Positions 1-8,886 of a DNA stretch of 26,091 nt are shown one piece after another. Position numbers and translations under genes: made by a program. Location of the stretch: the IMG/VR virus record IMGVR_UViG_3300042464_000002, positions 1 through 26,091 of that record; one strand, given 5' to 3'. Source of the DNA: a virus. Its lineage: Duplodnaviria; Caudoviricetes. The notes under the pieces were generated by a model. It searched no databases and was not told the origin of the DNA. It saw nothing but the letters and a program-made list of their open reading frames with translations. Each line of letters starts with the position of its first letter. Within the stretch, counting starts at the first letter, position 1.

Positions 1-47
1 TTGGCGACATCCAGCAGGAACGCCGCCTGTTCTGCTACGAGACTCAC
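1..47 (-). CDS. 5' end of probable endolysin (M15-family peptidase-like), truncated by window edge
   Basis: GTG start at 47 overlaps the holin stop (GTGA); frame reads MSLVAEQAAFLLDVA..., resembling N-termini of phage M15 peptidase endolysins from recall; lies directly after the holin. Only 15 codons visible. Confidence 0.5.
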   Translation of the reverse strand, partial: MSLVAEQAAFLLDVA

Positions 48-586
48 TTGATAGCCTCCTTAAGTGCGTCGGTCTTGTCCTTGCTCGACTGGCTGCTGCC
101 GAAGTAATAACTAACAATTTGACTTGCAATGGCACTTAAGACACCAAGGGTGTAGATGAGAATGTCCTTGCGGCTTGCCTCGACCGGGGTATTGTCAAAC
201 ATGACTACACCAAACAGCACGAAGGTCAGCAGCAGAATAGACAGCGCGAGAACGGGGGTCACGATCTTGTTAAGCAAGGGGGCTTTGTCAGATGTGGAGA
301 CCTGTACCTCCCGATCTCGCGCTGAATCTGTGTCCTTTAAACGGAGTTCCAACTCCGCAAGGTCAAGTTTGTCCTCTTCGATACGGAGCCGCAGCAGTTC
401 TTCCTCATGCTCCATCTGTGCGATCTGAACCTTTGCCAAGTCTTCGCTGGACATATCCGGCTTCAGTTCCACGCCCAACTTCTTTTCGACATAGTCCTTG
501 CCCTTTGCCATGACGGCGTTGGCAACGAGGTTCAACCCGTTACCAAGGAGGGGTGTAAGGATGGCTTGTATTGCTGCTGGAATCAT
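44..586 (-). CDS. Holin (3TM/GTA-holin-like)
   Basis: 180 aa; N-terminal amphipathic segment, charged coiled region with D..SARDRE, two C-terminal hydrophobic helices ending in YYFGSS, typical of this holin family; next to the putative endolysin. Confidence 0.7.
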   Translation of the reverse strand: MIPAAIQAILTPLLGNGLNLVANAVMAKGKDYVEKKLGVELKPDMSSEDLAKVQIAQMEHEEELLRLRIEEDKLDLAELELRLKDTDSARDREVQVSTSDKAPLLNKIVTPVLALSILLLTFVLFGVVMFDNTPVEASRKDILIYTLGVLSAIASQIVSYYFGSSQSSKDKTDALKEAIK

Positions 587-990
587 TTCTTCGCCCTCAC
601 AACATCATCGCCCTTGGTCACGGTCACATGGTCGCCCTCGACATCAACCCGCATGGGCTGTTCCTTACGGTCGAGTTTGTCCAACTTGCCGATGAGTTCC
701 TTGATGACCGCAAACTCCGGCTTTTCTTCCTTGACCGTAGCACCGGCGATGCCGTTGAGCATGGAGATGAGCGCAGTCAGCGAGGCACCCAGCAGGCCCA
801 TCACCGCAGCAATCTTGTCGGCATCCAGCGCAAGGCTGGACAGTACGCCGATGATGACGATGACCGTGATGTACTTGAGACCATCCTTGCCGATGGCCTT
901 GCCTGCCACATCCTTTGCGGTGCTGTTAGCCTCAAGCCGTCTCATCTCGGCTTCGATTTGAACCTTCAGCAGGTCAATATCTTCACTCAT
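583..990 (-). CDS. Membrane protein with two predicted TM helices (lysis region); start reassigned to ATG 990 (MSEDIDLLK..., 135 aa)
   Basis: ATG at 990 overlaps the upstream stop (ATGA). The ORF-track extension to 1128 would overlap the upstream gene by about 140 nt. Hydrophobic stretches YITVIVIIGVLSSLAL and IAAVMGLLGASLTALISML. Confidence 0.65.
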   Translation of the reverse strand: MSEDIDLLKVQIEAEMRRLEANSTAKDVAGKAIGKDGLKYITVIVIIGVLSSLALDADKIAAVMGLLGASLTALISMLNGIAGATVKEEKPEFAVIKELIGKLDKLDRKEQPMRVDVEGDHVTVTKGDDVVRAKK

Positions 991-1178
991 TTGATGGACT
1001 CCAGAAACATCATCGTCACCGTGCCAAACGCGGTCAGCAGGATGACGATAATTGCCCCGCCAACACGCATCAGCAGGTTCTCCAGACGCTTTAGCCGCGC
1101 ATGGATGGCTTCGTAGCGCACCGCGCAAACATCAATGTGAGAGGTCACAGTCACCTCAAGGTCTTGTACTGTGGTCAC
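987..1178 (-). CDS. Small membrane protein (coiled coil plus C-terminal TM helix), 63 aa, GTG start
   Basis: GGGGAG RBS upstream of GTG at 1178, which overlaps the upstream stop; MTTVQDLEVTVTSHIDVCAVRYEAIHARLKRLE then a hydrophobic helix VGGAIIVILLTAFGTVTMMFL. Confidence 0.65.
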   Translation of the reverse strand: MTTVQDLEVTVTSHIDVCAVRYEAIHARLKRLENLLMRVGGAIIVILLTAFGTVTMMFLESIK

Positions 1179-1321
1179 GGCTCCCCGTCCTTCACAACCT
1201 GCGGCTCTGCCTGCTCCTTGATTTTGACTACAAGGGGCCACGCACCCGAAGAGGTGGGCAGTTGACCCAGCACTTGCAGGATGGCGTTGACCTCTTCCGT
1301 GGTCAGCGTGAGGTTAATCAC
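1175..1321 (-). CDS. Small hypothetical protein, 48 aa (not in ORF track)
   Basis: MINLTLTTEEVNAILQVLGQLPTSSGAWPLVVKIKEQAEPQVVKDGEP*; fills the gap exactly, with GTGA overlaps at both ends. Confidence 0.7.
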   Translation of the reverse strand: MINLTLTTEEVNAILQVLGQLPTSSGAWPLVVKIKEQAEPQVVKDGEP

Positions 1322-1641
1322 GGCGCCACCCACGGCAGCGGCGGCGAGACGACCGGCGGGTTCTTCTGGGCCTCAATCTGCTGCTCTACCGCAGCCTCTG
1401 TAGCGTCCTTATCCACGCCGTTCGCCCAGACCCAGCCCAACACTTGGTCGAGCGTCAAATCGGCGTAGGGGGTGAAGGCTTCGCCATGAACGACGGCAAA
1501 CGAGGTGGTCGAGTAGACCTGCCCCGAGTAATCGCCATCCACGCCCGTGCATTGCCAGTGGCAACAAATCACATAATCCGCGCCTTCGGGGGCTTGCGGG
1601 AGGCAGTCAAGGACAGAGATGTTCCAAGTGATAGTGGTCAT
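1318..1641 (-). CDS. Hypothetical protein downstream of tail fibre (possible fibre-associated/assembly protein)
   Basis: 107 aa; abuts the fibre stop; motifs F.PY.DLT.DQVLGWVW and terminal PLPW resemble small proteins often found after phage fibres. Confidence 0.6.
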   Translation of the reverse strand: MTTITWNISVLDCLPQAPEGADYVICCHWQCTGVDGDYSGQVYSTTSFAVVHGEAFTPYADLTLDQVLGWVWANGVDKDATEAAVEQQIEAQKNPPVVSPPLPWVAP

Positions 1642-4600
1642 TTATTTGCTCTCCAATGCGGCGACTTTCGCCTCAAGTTGTTCAATACGGGCCATTGCTT
1701 CTTGCAGGGCGACGGCGGCTTTCATCAGCAAGATGGACGATTTAACCGACTTGGTAGTGGTGCCAAGGTCGTTGCCCTCTGCGTCACGGTCGGCGTGTTC
1801 GTCCACCAACCCCGGCGAGGTCTGCTCAAGTTCCTGCGCCACAACACCCAACTGCGTGATTTGCTGCGGGTCATCCTTCATCTTGAACTTGCGGAACCGC
1901 ACAGCCTTTATGTCTGCCCATTGCGAACCCGCGTCCACAATATCGGTTTTCATCTTGGCATCAGAAATCGTGCCATACGAACCGTTGGTGTTTGTGACGT
2001 TTCCAGAATCGGCCACTTGAAACCTATAGACTGCGGCGGTCGAGTTATAAAAACCTATTGCATAGTAAGTGTTGTTTGTCGTGTTGCGAGTAGCCTGCAA
2101 ATAAAGTACGTCGACAGTCATTGACGCATTTGTGCTATTCAACTGCAATGCGCTGCTGTTTGCGCTTTGATTAAATTCGTGCGCTGTTCCAGTTGAGTTT
2201 ATGTAAGTTCCGTTGTCACTAAACTTGCTATACCCCCCGCTCGTGATGCGGGCGCGTTCGGACGGTGTAAAAGTGTTACCGGAAGTTAAGCCTGAATTAG
2301 TCGCAAAGGCCACGCTTCCGCCATCCATGGCTATATACGAAGCGGTTGTAGCAGTTGCTACCCAATTTGACCCATTGTAAAAAGCCCCACCGGTATAAAC
2401 GGCTTGCGAATCGGCGGTAGAAATAATAAAAGCGCCTTTGTTATTGGTTGCTCCAAAGTTAGCCTGCGTGTTTGAACCAATCGCGCTTATTCTGTAGTTA
2501 GGACTTGTAGTCCCCACCCCCAAATTCCCACTCGCATCCAGCGTCATCGCCTGCGTGAACGTGATGGTGTTGCCTGCGGTGCCGGAGGCTGCGATGTTCC
2601 AATTAAAACTACTGTCGTTTACGTCAAAACGAGTGGCGGCTCCTGTGTTAACGTACTTGTAATTAGATCCGTCATAAACCGTATTTGTGCCAATTTTTAG
2701 CGCGGCAGTATTTGACTGAAATCCAATAAATGACTGATAAGACGCTGCGCCGCCCTGAATTGCTTTAAACGGACTCCCCCACGCACTCGGCGTCACGCCC
2801 AGACCGAGGTTGCCGGAGGTGTCGAGGCGCATGCGTTCGCCGCCGTTGGTGAGAAAACCAATAGCAGTTGATGTCGTTGTGCCTGCGTAAACAAGCCCCG
2901 CACCACCTGTAAAATATTTGTATACGTCCGTGGTGCTGTTTAAGTTGTACGCAACCGTGCCTTGAACGGTCAACGTGTTTGTGGCTGTTGTGGTTCCAAG
3001 CGCAAGTTGACCGGAGGAGTCGATTCTGGCGCGTTCGGTGGCATTTGTTTTTAAAATTATTGGGGTTGATGTGGCCGTTTCTAAATTAAGACCATCTGTT
3101 GAGTTTGCGAAAATACTGCCAACAGCAGTGCCACCTGACCACAGGCGCAGCCATCCGCCAGTAGACCCGTTAATAACAAGCGCCGAATAATTCGCTGCTC
3201 CAGAAGGACTTGCAGTGCCAAGCCCAAAATTCGTCCCATCAAACACCAGCGCCGTCCCGCTCGTTGCCACCTTGCTGCCGTTCAAGTACAACACGCCGTT
3301 GGCGGTGCCGCCGTTGAGCGTGAGGTTGCCGGAGATCGTGGCCGTGCCAGCGTTGATTGAGGCAATAGACGCACCCGTAACCGTCAGGCCCGTCACAACC
3401 GCCGTACCAACGTTAGCCGACGCTACAGAGGCACCCGTGGCGGTCAGGTTCGTTACCGTCGCCGTGGTCAGCAACGCCACGCCTGCGTTCATGCTGGCAA
3501 TAGATGCGCCCGTCACCGTCGCTGCCGTAATCACGGCGGTTCCAACGTTAGCCGAGGCAATAGAGGCACCAGTAGCCGTCAGGTTTGTGATCACCGCTAC
3601 GCCAGCGTTAATTGATGCGATGGAGGCGGCCGTAAACTGCAAGTTGCCAATGTTGGCCGAGGCAATGGACGCCCCAGAGGCCGTGAAATTGGTTACGGTT
3701 GCGGTCGTGAGCAGGGCTACCCCTGCGTTCATGCTTGCAATAGACGCACCTGTGGCCGTAAGGGCCGTGACGGTGCCGTTGGTGATAACGGCAGTGCCGA
3801 CGTTGGCAGAGGCTACAGAGGCTCCAGTGGCCGTCAGGGACGTTACCGCAGCCACGCCCGCGTTCATGGAGGCGGCCGATACGGTGGTGACGTTGACCTT
3901 GCCCGTGGCGTCGTCAATCGTCATAGACGCCGTGCCGTCCTTGGCCTTGATGTTTGTGACTTCAAGGTTGGTCAGGTCTAGGGTAGTCGTGTTAACGGTT
4001 GTAATGGTAGCCGTTGTAAAGACCGCCGAGGCGGCCGAAACGGTCGTAAAGTTACCTACGGCTGGGGACGATCCACCGATGGTGGTGGCGTCAATCGTGC
4101 CGCCGTTGATGTCAGCAGTCGTGGCAACCACGCTGTTGAGCGTTACAACGCCAGTAGCGTCAGCAATGGAGCCTGCCGCAGTACCGTCCTTGGCCTTGAG
4201 GTTGGTAACTTCAAGGTTGGTGCTGTCTACCGTCGTAGCGTTAACCGTGGTGATGTTGCCGGTCGTGGCCGTAACGGTCGTAAACGTACCCGCTGCCGCC
4301 GTACCGCCGCCGATGGTCGTGCCGTCGATGGTGCCGCCATTGATGTCGGCGGTGGTGATTGTGCCGATGTCGGCCCACGTTCCAATGACCGATACGTTGT
4401 TCGTCAGCGTCCAGCCGCTTGACTTAAAGTTGATCGTGTCAGCCGCCGCGTCACCCACGGCGAGGTTGCCGTTAAGGGTCGTGGCACCGGCAACGGTCAG
4501 GGTGCCCGAGACGTTAAGGTTGGTGAAACTATTGACCGGGCTAATAAGTTGGAAGCGCGTTCCGTCGTACACAACGGCGACCATTTCGCCCGATACGATG

Positions 4601-5049
4601 TCACCCGACACAAGAACGGTCGTGCCGTCTCGCGTGACGTTTTTTGCGCCAAGCGTGTCGATGTTGAGCGTGACAGCGCCCGTGTTGGTGGCCGGGGCAA
4701 CAAAATAGTACACCGCGCCCGTAACGTAGGCGACAAGGGACGGGGTTAGCGATCCGGTCAGCGTGTCGGTTCCGGTAACCGTAACAAGGGCTGCGCCATT
4801 GCTCTGAATCTGCGCAACCGTGGCAGCGTCCGTAGCGGCCGTGCCCGTGGCAAGGTTTGTAATCTTAAACCCGCCCATCGGAATGTTAGCCGTAGGCGTG
4901 GTCTGCCCGTCCTTGGTGATACAGGTTGTCAGACCGTTGGCAAGGTCAGACGTTAGCGCGTTAAACGTGGTCGCGCTAATGACGGTGTTAGCGACGACGG
5001 GTTGACCCGCCGAGTTGATGACGAACGTGCCGGAACCGTTAAAAGACAT
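1642..5049 (-). CDS. Tail fibre / receptor-binding protein with C-terminal intramolecular chaperone (peptidase S74-like)
   Basis: 1135 aa, Thr/Ala/Gly/Ser-rich beta-repeats; repeated ER(A/M)R(I/L)xxxG fibre linkers; SDAKMKTDI...QLGVVAQELE...coiled-coil tail (1642..1965) is the S74 autocleavage chaperone signature. Confidence 0.9.
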   Translation of the reverse strand: MSFNGSGTFVINSAGQPVVANTVISATTFNALTSDLANGLTTCITKDGQTTPTANIPMGGFKITNLATGTAATDAATVAQIQSNGAALVTVTGTDTLTGSLTPSLVAYVTGAVYYFVAPATNTGAVTLNIDTLGAKNVTRDGTTVLVSGDIVSGEMVAVVYDGTRFQLISPVNSFTNLNVSGTLTVAGATTLNGNLAVGDAAADTINFKSSGWTLTNNVSVIGTWADIGTITTADINGGTIDGTTIGGGTAAAGTFTTVTATTGNITTVNATTVDSTNLEVTNLKAKDGTAAGSIADATGVVTLNSVVATTADINGGTIDATTIGGSSPAVGNFTTVSAASAVFTTATITTVNTTTLDLTNLEVTNIKAKDGTASMTIDDATGKVNVTTVSAASMNAGVAAVTSLTATGASVASANVGTAVITNGTVTALTATGASIASMNAGVALLTTATVTNFTASGASIASANIGNLQFTAASIASINAGVAVITNLTATGASIASANVGTAVITAATVTGASIASMNAGVALLTTATVTNLTATGASVASANVGTAVVTGLTVTGASIASINAGTATISGNLTLNGGTANGVLYLNGSKVATSGTALVFDGTNFGLGTASPSGAANYSALVINGSTGGWLRLWSGGTAVGSIFANSTDGLNLETATSTPIILKTNATERARIDSSGQLALGTTTATNTLTVQGTVAYNLNSTTDVYKYFTGGAGLVYAGTTTSTAIGFLTNGGERMRLDTSGNLGLGVTPSAWGSPFKAIQGGAASYQSFIGFQSNTAALKIGTNTVYDGSNYKYVNTGAATRFDVNDSSFNWNIAASGTAGNTITFTQAMTLDASGNLGVGTTSPNYRISAIGSNTQANFGATNNKGAFIISTADSQAVYTGGAFYNGSNWVATATTASYIAMDGGSVAFATNSGLTSGNTFTPSERARITSGGYSKFSDNGTYINSTGTAHEFNQSANSSALQLNSTNASMTVDVLYLQATRNTTNNTYYAIGFYNSTAAVYRFQVADSGNVTNTNGSYGTISDAKMKTDIVDAGSQWADIKAVRFRKFKMKDDPQQITQLGVVAQELEQTSPGLVDEHADRDAEGNDLGTTTKSVKSSILLMKAAVALQEAMARIEQLEAKVAALESK
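3340..3880 (-). repeat. Degenerate coding repeats in tail fibre (GAS(I/V)AS(A/M/I)N(V/A/I)G units)
   Basis: About nine AS(I/V)AS.N.G units with spacing in multiples of 5 residues; recurring DNA motifs such as gcaatagacgcacc and cctgcgttcatgct on the plus strand. Confidence 0.8.
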
Positions 5050-5061
5050 CTGTGCTTACTC

Positions 5062-7161
5062 CTATTCTTGGCCTGCGCCGTATCCAGCGCCGAATGCGCC
5101 AATGCGTCCTGATGCTTCTTGTGCGCGTTTTTGCGCTGCTGCGCGTTGCTCTAAATACAAGCGCACATTGCGCAATTCGTCTTGTGCAGGCTTGCCTTTC
5201 AACAACAGCAATTCTGCTAACTGTTGACGCTGCCTTTCGTCTAATTTCTTGCCTTTGTCTTTGGCTACAACAGCAGCAGCGCCGCTTAAAACGTCGCCTT
5301 GCGCGAGTTGCGCCACTTGCAACGCTTTGGCAAGCGCATTTTGATCTTGCTCGCCCGCTCCTAAACGGAAGGTTTGCGACCCTTCACCCATTCGGGCAGT
5401 CTTTTGCAGTTCTGTCTCACGCAACACCGTGGCTTGAAACTTACGAAAGTTGTTGCCAAACACCAATTTTAACCGCTTTTGCATTGCAGGAGATTTCTGC
5501 AAGTTCATTAGTTTGGCTTGGCCTGCTGGCGTTCCCGATTGATCCCTTAATGCTTGTGCAGCACCAAGACGAAATGCCCGCAACTGCGCGGGTTCCATGT
5601 CATCAATAATTTCAGACAATTCTTCAATGTCTTCCGTCATTACATCGCGGCCACGCTTCATGCCTTCAGCAATTTGCGTCTCGCTGCTAAAGTTTTCACG
5701 GGCAAGTTGATAAATGCTGCGACCTTGATCGTCTTTTGGTGAAATTTGGTCAAGTTTTTCCGTCAATTCACGGCGCAAACCTGTGTATGCACGGCTTTTT
5801 TCGGTTGCTTTACCAAACTCACCCTTTGCGCTTTCCTCAATGTCGTAAAGCGCACGTTTTAACGTGTCTAATACGCCAAACGGCACACGATCACCGGGGC
5901 GCAACTCGTTAAGGTTAAGTTTTTCTGGCATCCCCGAAACTAACGCCAGTTCTTCTGCTTCGTTGTACGCTTTACGAGCGCGATTCAATATCTCGGCAAG
6001 TTTAACGTCTACCGAAAAATCCAAATCTTGCAGTTGGTTGTAGTACGGCGCTGATTTGGCTTTGGCTTGTTCTGTGTATTGGCGAACCGTTGCGCGGAAA
6101 GGAATTCCTTCCGCATCAAGTAACTGATCTGACGCCTCAATAAGCCGATCACCGCGTTTGTTTATTAAAGGCTTGGTGCCGCGCTCGATCATCCCTTCGG
6201 TAGAGCCGGGTTGATTACGCAACAACGCTAATTCGCTGCGCGTTGCAGAGCCAGTTGCGGCAATGGGAGCCTCTGGGCCAAGGCCGCCGCCACGGGGGCG
6301 CTGCAACCGAGCGGCAGCAACCTTCGTTGGGTCAGCCTCAACGCCGCTTGTCAGCGCGGTCAGTTCTTCTTGCAACTGCGCTTTTAATTGTGTTGGGCCA
6401 CGCAATGTTTTCAACTGACGCTGAATCTCGGCAATGCGATCTTGCTTGGCAAGTGTGTCAGGCGGCATACGAGAGTACGCATCGCGCTGCAACAGTTGGG
6501 CAAGACGCTCCCGAGCGGGCTGCAATTCAAAGTTGCGTTTCATGCTCGGTGTTACGCGACGGATTAACGAACCACCGCCCTTAATGCCAAGTCCCGTTGC
6601 ACCGCCCGTAGCAGTACCAACGCCCGTGCCATAGAGAATATCCATGGCAAATTGTGTTGGGTCTGTTGCTTCGCTTGCGCCTGCCGCGCTAACGGCGCTC
6701 TGCGCTGCAACGGGGGCAATGTATCGCCCGCTACGAGCAGCAATGTTTGCGCCAATAGGCGCAACAGAACTACCCATGCTGATTGGCAGCGTAGCCAAGC
6801 CACCAGCCATTTCTAGGCCAAGGGCGGTTTTGGGGTTTTGCTCTGCAAATGCCGCAGTACCACCACGGATCATGTCACGCGGAGCGGTGTAATCGGCGCG
6901 AGTTGGCGCAACATCGGTGCCGCCCATAGCATAGGATTGCCCAAGTTGCCCAAGCGCAGCAGCGCCCGCCAACTCGTCAAGCATATTAAACGTTGCGCCT
7001 TGCCCAAACGTCATTGCGCCTTGAACAAACGACGGTAAGTTTGCCCCTCGTTCACGCGCTGCGGCAGGCGGTGGCGATAATGACTCCCACTTGCCGCCTC
7101 GGAAAACAAACCTTTCGCCAGTTTGCTCGTTTGTCGCGGTCTGTCCTTCTTTGTATGCCAT
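5062..7161 (-). CDS. Putative internal virion / DNA ejection protein
   Basis: 699 aa, helical Ala/Gly/Gln-rich with QGATFNMLDELAG motif and Gly-rich hydrophobic segments; lies between tail genes and fibre as in podoviruses; GAGG RBS. Confidence 0.6.
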   Translation of the reverse strand: MAYKEGQTATNEQTGERFVFRGGKWESLSPPPAAARERGANLPSFVQGAMTFGQGATFNMLDELAGAAALGQLGQSYAMGGTDVAPTRADYTAPRDMIRGGTAAFAEQNPKTALGLEMAGGLATLPISMGSSVAPIGANIAARSGRYIAPVAAQSAVSAAGASEATDPTQFAMDILYGTGVGTATGGATGLGIKGGGSLIRRVTPSMKRNFELQPARERLAQLLQRDAYSRMPPDTLAKQDRIAEIQRQLKTLRGPTQLKAQLQEELTALTSGVEADPTKVAAARLQRPRGGGLGPEAPIAATGSATRSELALLRNQPGSTEGMIERGTKPLINKRGDRLIEASDQLLDAEGIPFRATVRQYTEQAKAKSAPYYNQLQDLDFSVDVKLAEILNRARKAYNEAEELALVSGMPEKLNLNELRPGDRVPFGVLDTLKRALYDIEESAKGEFGKATEKSRAYTGLRRELTEKLDQISPKDDQGRSIYQLARENFSSETQIAEGMKRGRDVMTEDIEELSEIIDDMEPAQLRAFRLGAAQALRDQSGTPAGQAKLMNLQKSPAMQKRLKLVFGNNFRKFQATVLRETELQKTARMGEGSQTFRLGAGEQDQNALAKALQVAQLAQGDVLSGAAAVVAKDKGKKLDERQRQQLAELLLLKGKPAQDELRNVRLYLEQRAAAQKRAQEASGRIGAFGAGYGAGQE

Positions 7162-7172
7162 AACGTCCTCGC

Positions 7173-8480
7173 TTACCGTGGCAACGAGTCAAGAACCGCG
7201 CCCGGAGGCAACTGACTGCCATACGCAGATGGCGCAACAATGTCGGGAAATCTATCGCCCAACCCAGAAAATTCTGGAATTTTTCGCAATCTTGATCGCG
7301 TTCTATTGCTGCGCTGAATGTTTGCTCTTGCGACCTTTTCGTTTAGTTCCGCAAGGTATTTAAGGTTGGCATTTGTTAACTCCAACGTACCAGCAGCGGC
7401 TTTCTCCAAAAATTCTCGGTCGCCACCAGTAAATCCTTGACCTGAACCGAGGCCGCTTGTTGGAATCGCAGCCAATGTGACTTTGCCAAGTTCAGCCGCC
7501 AAATTTTCCGTAACAGAGGCTTTTTGACCTTTTGAAAAACCTGCGGTAGCCAATGCCCGCTCAAACGCAAGCCGAGCATTTGCGCCAGTTCCCGTAATGG
7601 GATTTTGCTTTAACAACTCACGAACACGGAACGACGCGTCAATCTGTGGTAATGATTGCTCACCTAATGCAAGATCAGCCGCATCTTGATCTGCTAATTT
7701 TCCACTTAACGCCGTTGTATATGCGGCTGTCGTTTTTTCACTTGGCAACACATTGGTAATGTTAGTTGATGAGCGTTTGGCCGCTTGAAACTGCTCAAAC
7801 GATTTTGGCGTGCGCCCAGCGTTTGTTTCTTGCGATACATAAAATTGATAATTCTGCATATCGCTAGTCATTTCTGGCGATTTTGCTGGTTTTTCAAGCG
7901 CAAACGGATCGCGTGTTTCTTCATAACGCCTACGGCTTTCTGGTGACGCTTCCATGATGGCTTCAATGCCAACTTGCGGCTCACGGCCTAGCATCAGTTG
8001 AGCGTAGCGTTGCGCCATTGGCGATCCAGTCGCCATTGCTTGCGTCAGTCGATCTTGCCGCTGTTCATAGGTTGGCATAACCGTCTGCATCTGCGGAAGC
8101 GTGTATTTGCTGTCCATTTGCATTGGGTCAGCAAACATATCTGGCTCCATAATCTGCTGTTGCGGGCCAAGTTCGCGGCGCAGCGTCTCAAAGCCTTGCA
8201 AATCAGCCTCACGGGCTTTTTGTTCGGCTTCTTCAGCCTTTTCGCCAGCCTTTTTAGAGCCGTACGCTTTTAGCAGTTTACCGAGGGCAGCAGCGGGCGA
8301 GGGCATCGCACGAAACCCTTGGTAAGTGAACGGCTCGTCCTCTGCCGCCGCCTGTTCTTGCAGCAGTTCGGCGTAACGGCGCATTTGCTCTGCCTTACGG
8401 CGTTCCTGCTCGTAAGGTGATGGGGGCGTAAACGCTTGGTAGGTTTTTAACCCGCCTCGTTTGTTTTCAGTTTCCATCAA
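7173..8480 (-). CDS. Putative internal virion / DNA ejection protein
   Basis: 435 aa helical protein in the ejection-gene position; start at 8480 or 8477. Confidence 0.55.
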   Translation of the reverse strand: MMETENKRGGLKTYQAFTPPSPYEQERRKAEQMRRYAELLQEQAAAEDEPFTYQGFRAMPSPAAALGKLLKAYGSKKAGEKAEEAEQKAREADLQGFETLRRELGPQQQIMEPDMFADPMQMDSKYTLPQMQTVMPTYEQRQDRLTQAMATGSPMAQRYAQLMLGREPQVGIEAIMEASPESRRRYEETRDPFALEKPAKSPEMTSDMQNYQFYVSQETNAGRTPKSFEQFQAAKRSSTNITNVLPSEKTTAAYTTALSGKLADQDAADLALGEQSLPQIDASFRVRELLKQNPITGTGANARLAFERALATAGFSKGQKASVTENLAAELGKVTLAAIPTSGLGSGQGFTGGDREFLEKAAAGTLELTNANLKYLAELNEKVARANIQRSNRTRSRLRKIPEFSGLGDRFPDIVAPSAYGSQLPPGAVLDSLPR

Positions 8481-8877
8481 AGTCCCCTCGGTAGGCTCCT
8501 CCCTGCGGCGTAGTCATGCCGGGGGAGGATGGGTAACCACGCGCTCCTGCGCCTGACGGACGACGCATACCGCCGATCTGCGGGGCCATTTCGGGGCCAC
8601 TCTGCTGACGCGGAGCCGTCATGCTCATGGCGGGGTTGCTAATCGGCCCTTGGTACTGCTGCGGGCCGGGAGGGCCGTTAAAGTTCATCGCTTGCGGCGG
8701 CATACCGGGAGCCGTGTTAGGCGTTGCGCCTGCATACGCTGACGACGAACGCATCGCTTGTTGCGGAAACGGGCTGTTAAGGCTGCTGTTGCGCTCCTGC
8801 ATTGCCATAACACGCGCCAACTCTTGTGGGCGACGGTCGGGCTGCATGGGCATATTCATTGGGCGGCGTCCGTTCAT
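8467..8877 (-). CDS. Low-complexity Pro/Met/Gln/Gly-rich hypothetical protein
   Basis: 136 aa; GAGGA RBS before ATG 8877; fills the gap between flanking genes. Confidence 0.6.
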   Translation of the reverse strand: MNGRRPMNMPMQPDRRPQELARVMAMQERNSSLNSPFPQQAMRSSSAYAGATPNTAPGMPPQAMNFNGPPGPQQYQGPISNPAMSMTAPRQQSGPEMAPQIGGMRRPSGAGARGYPSSPGMTTPQGGAYRGDFDGN

Positions 8878-8886
8878 GTCATGTCC

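Noticed and set aside
3340-3880. CRISPR-like array or DGR template/variable repeat in the fibre
   Set aside because: Repeats are degenerate at synonymous positions and in frame, with no constant repeat-spacer pattern; no adenine-specific repeat pair or reverse transcriptase seen in the window.
3215-4708. 497-aa plus-strand ORF (and similar ones such as 18105..18962 and 9493..10476)
   Set aside because: Antisense shadows of repetitive or GC-biased minus-strand genes; no independent motifs.
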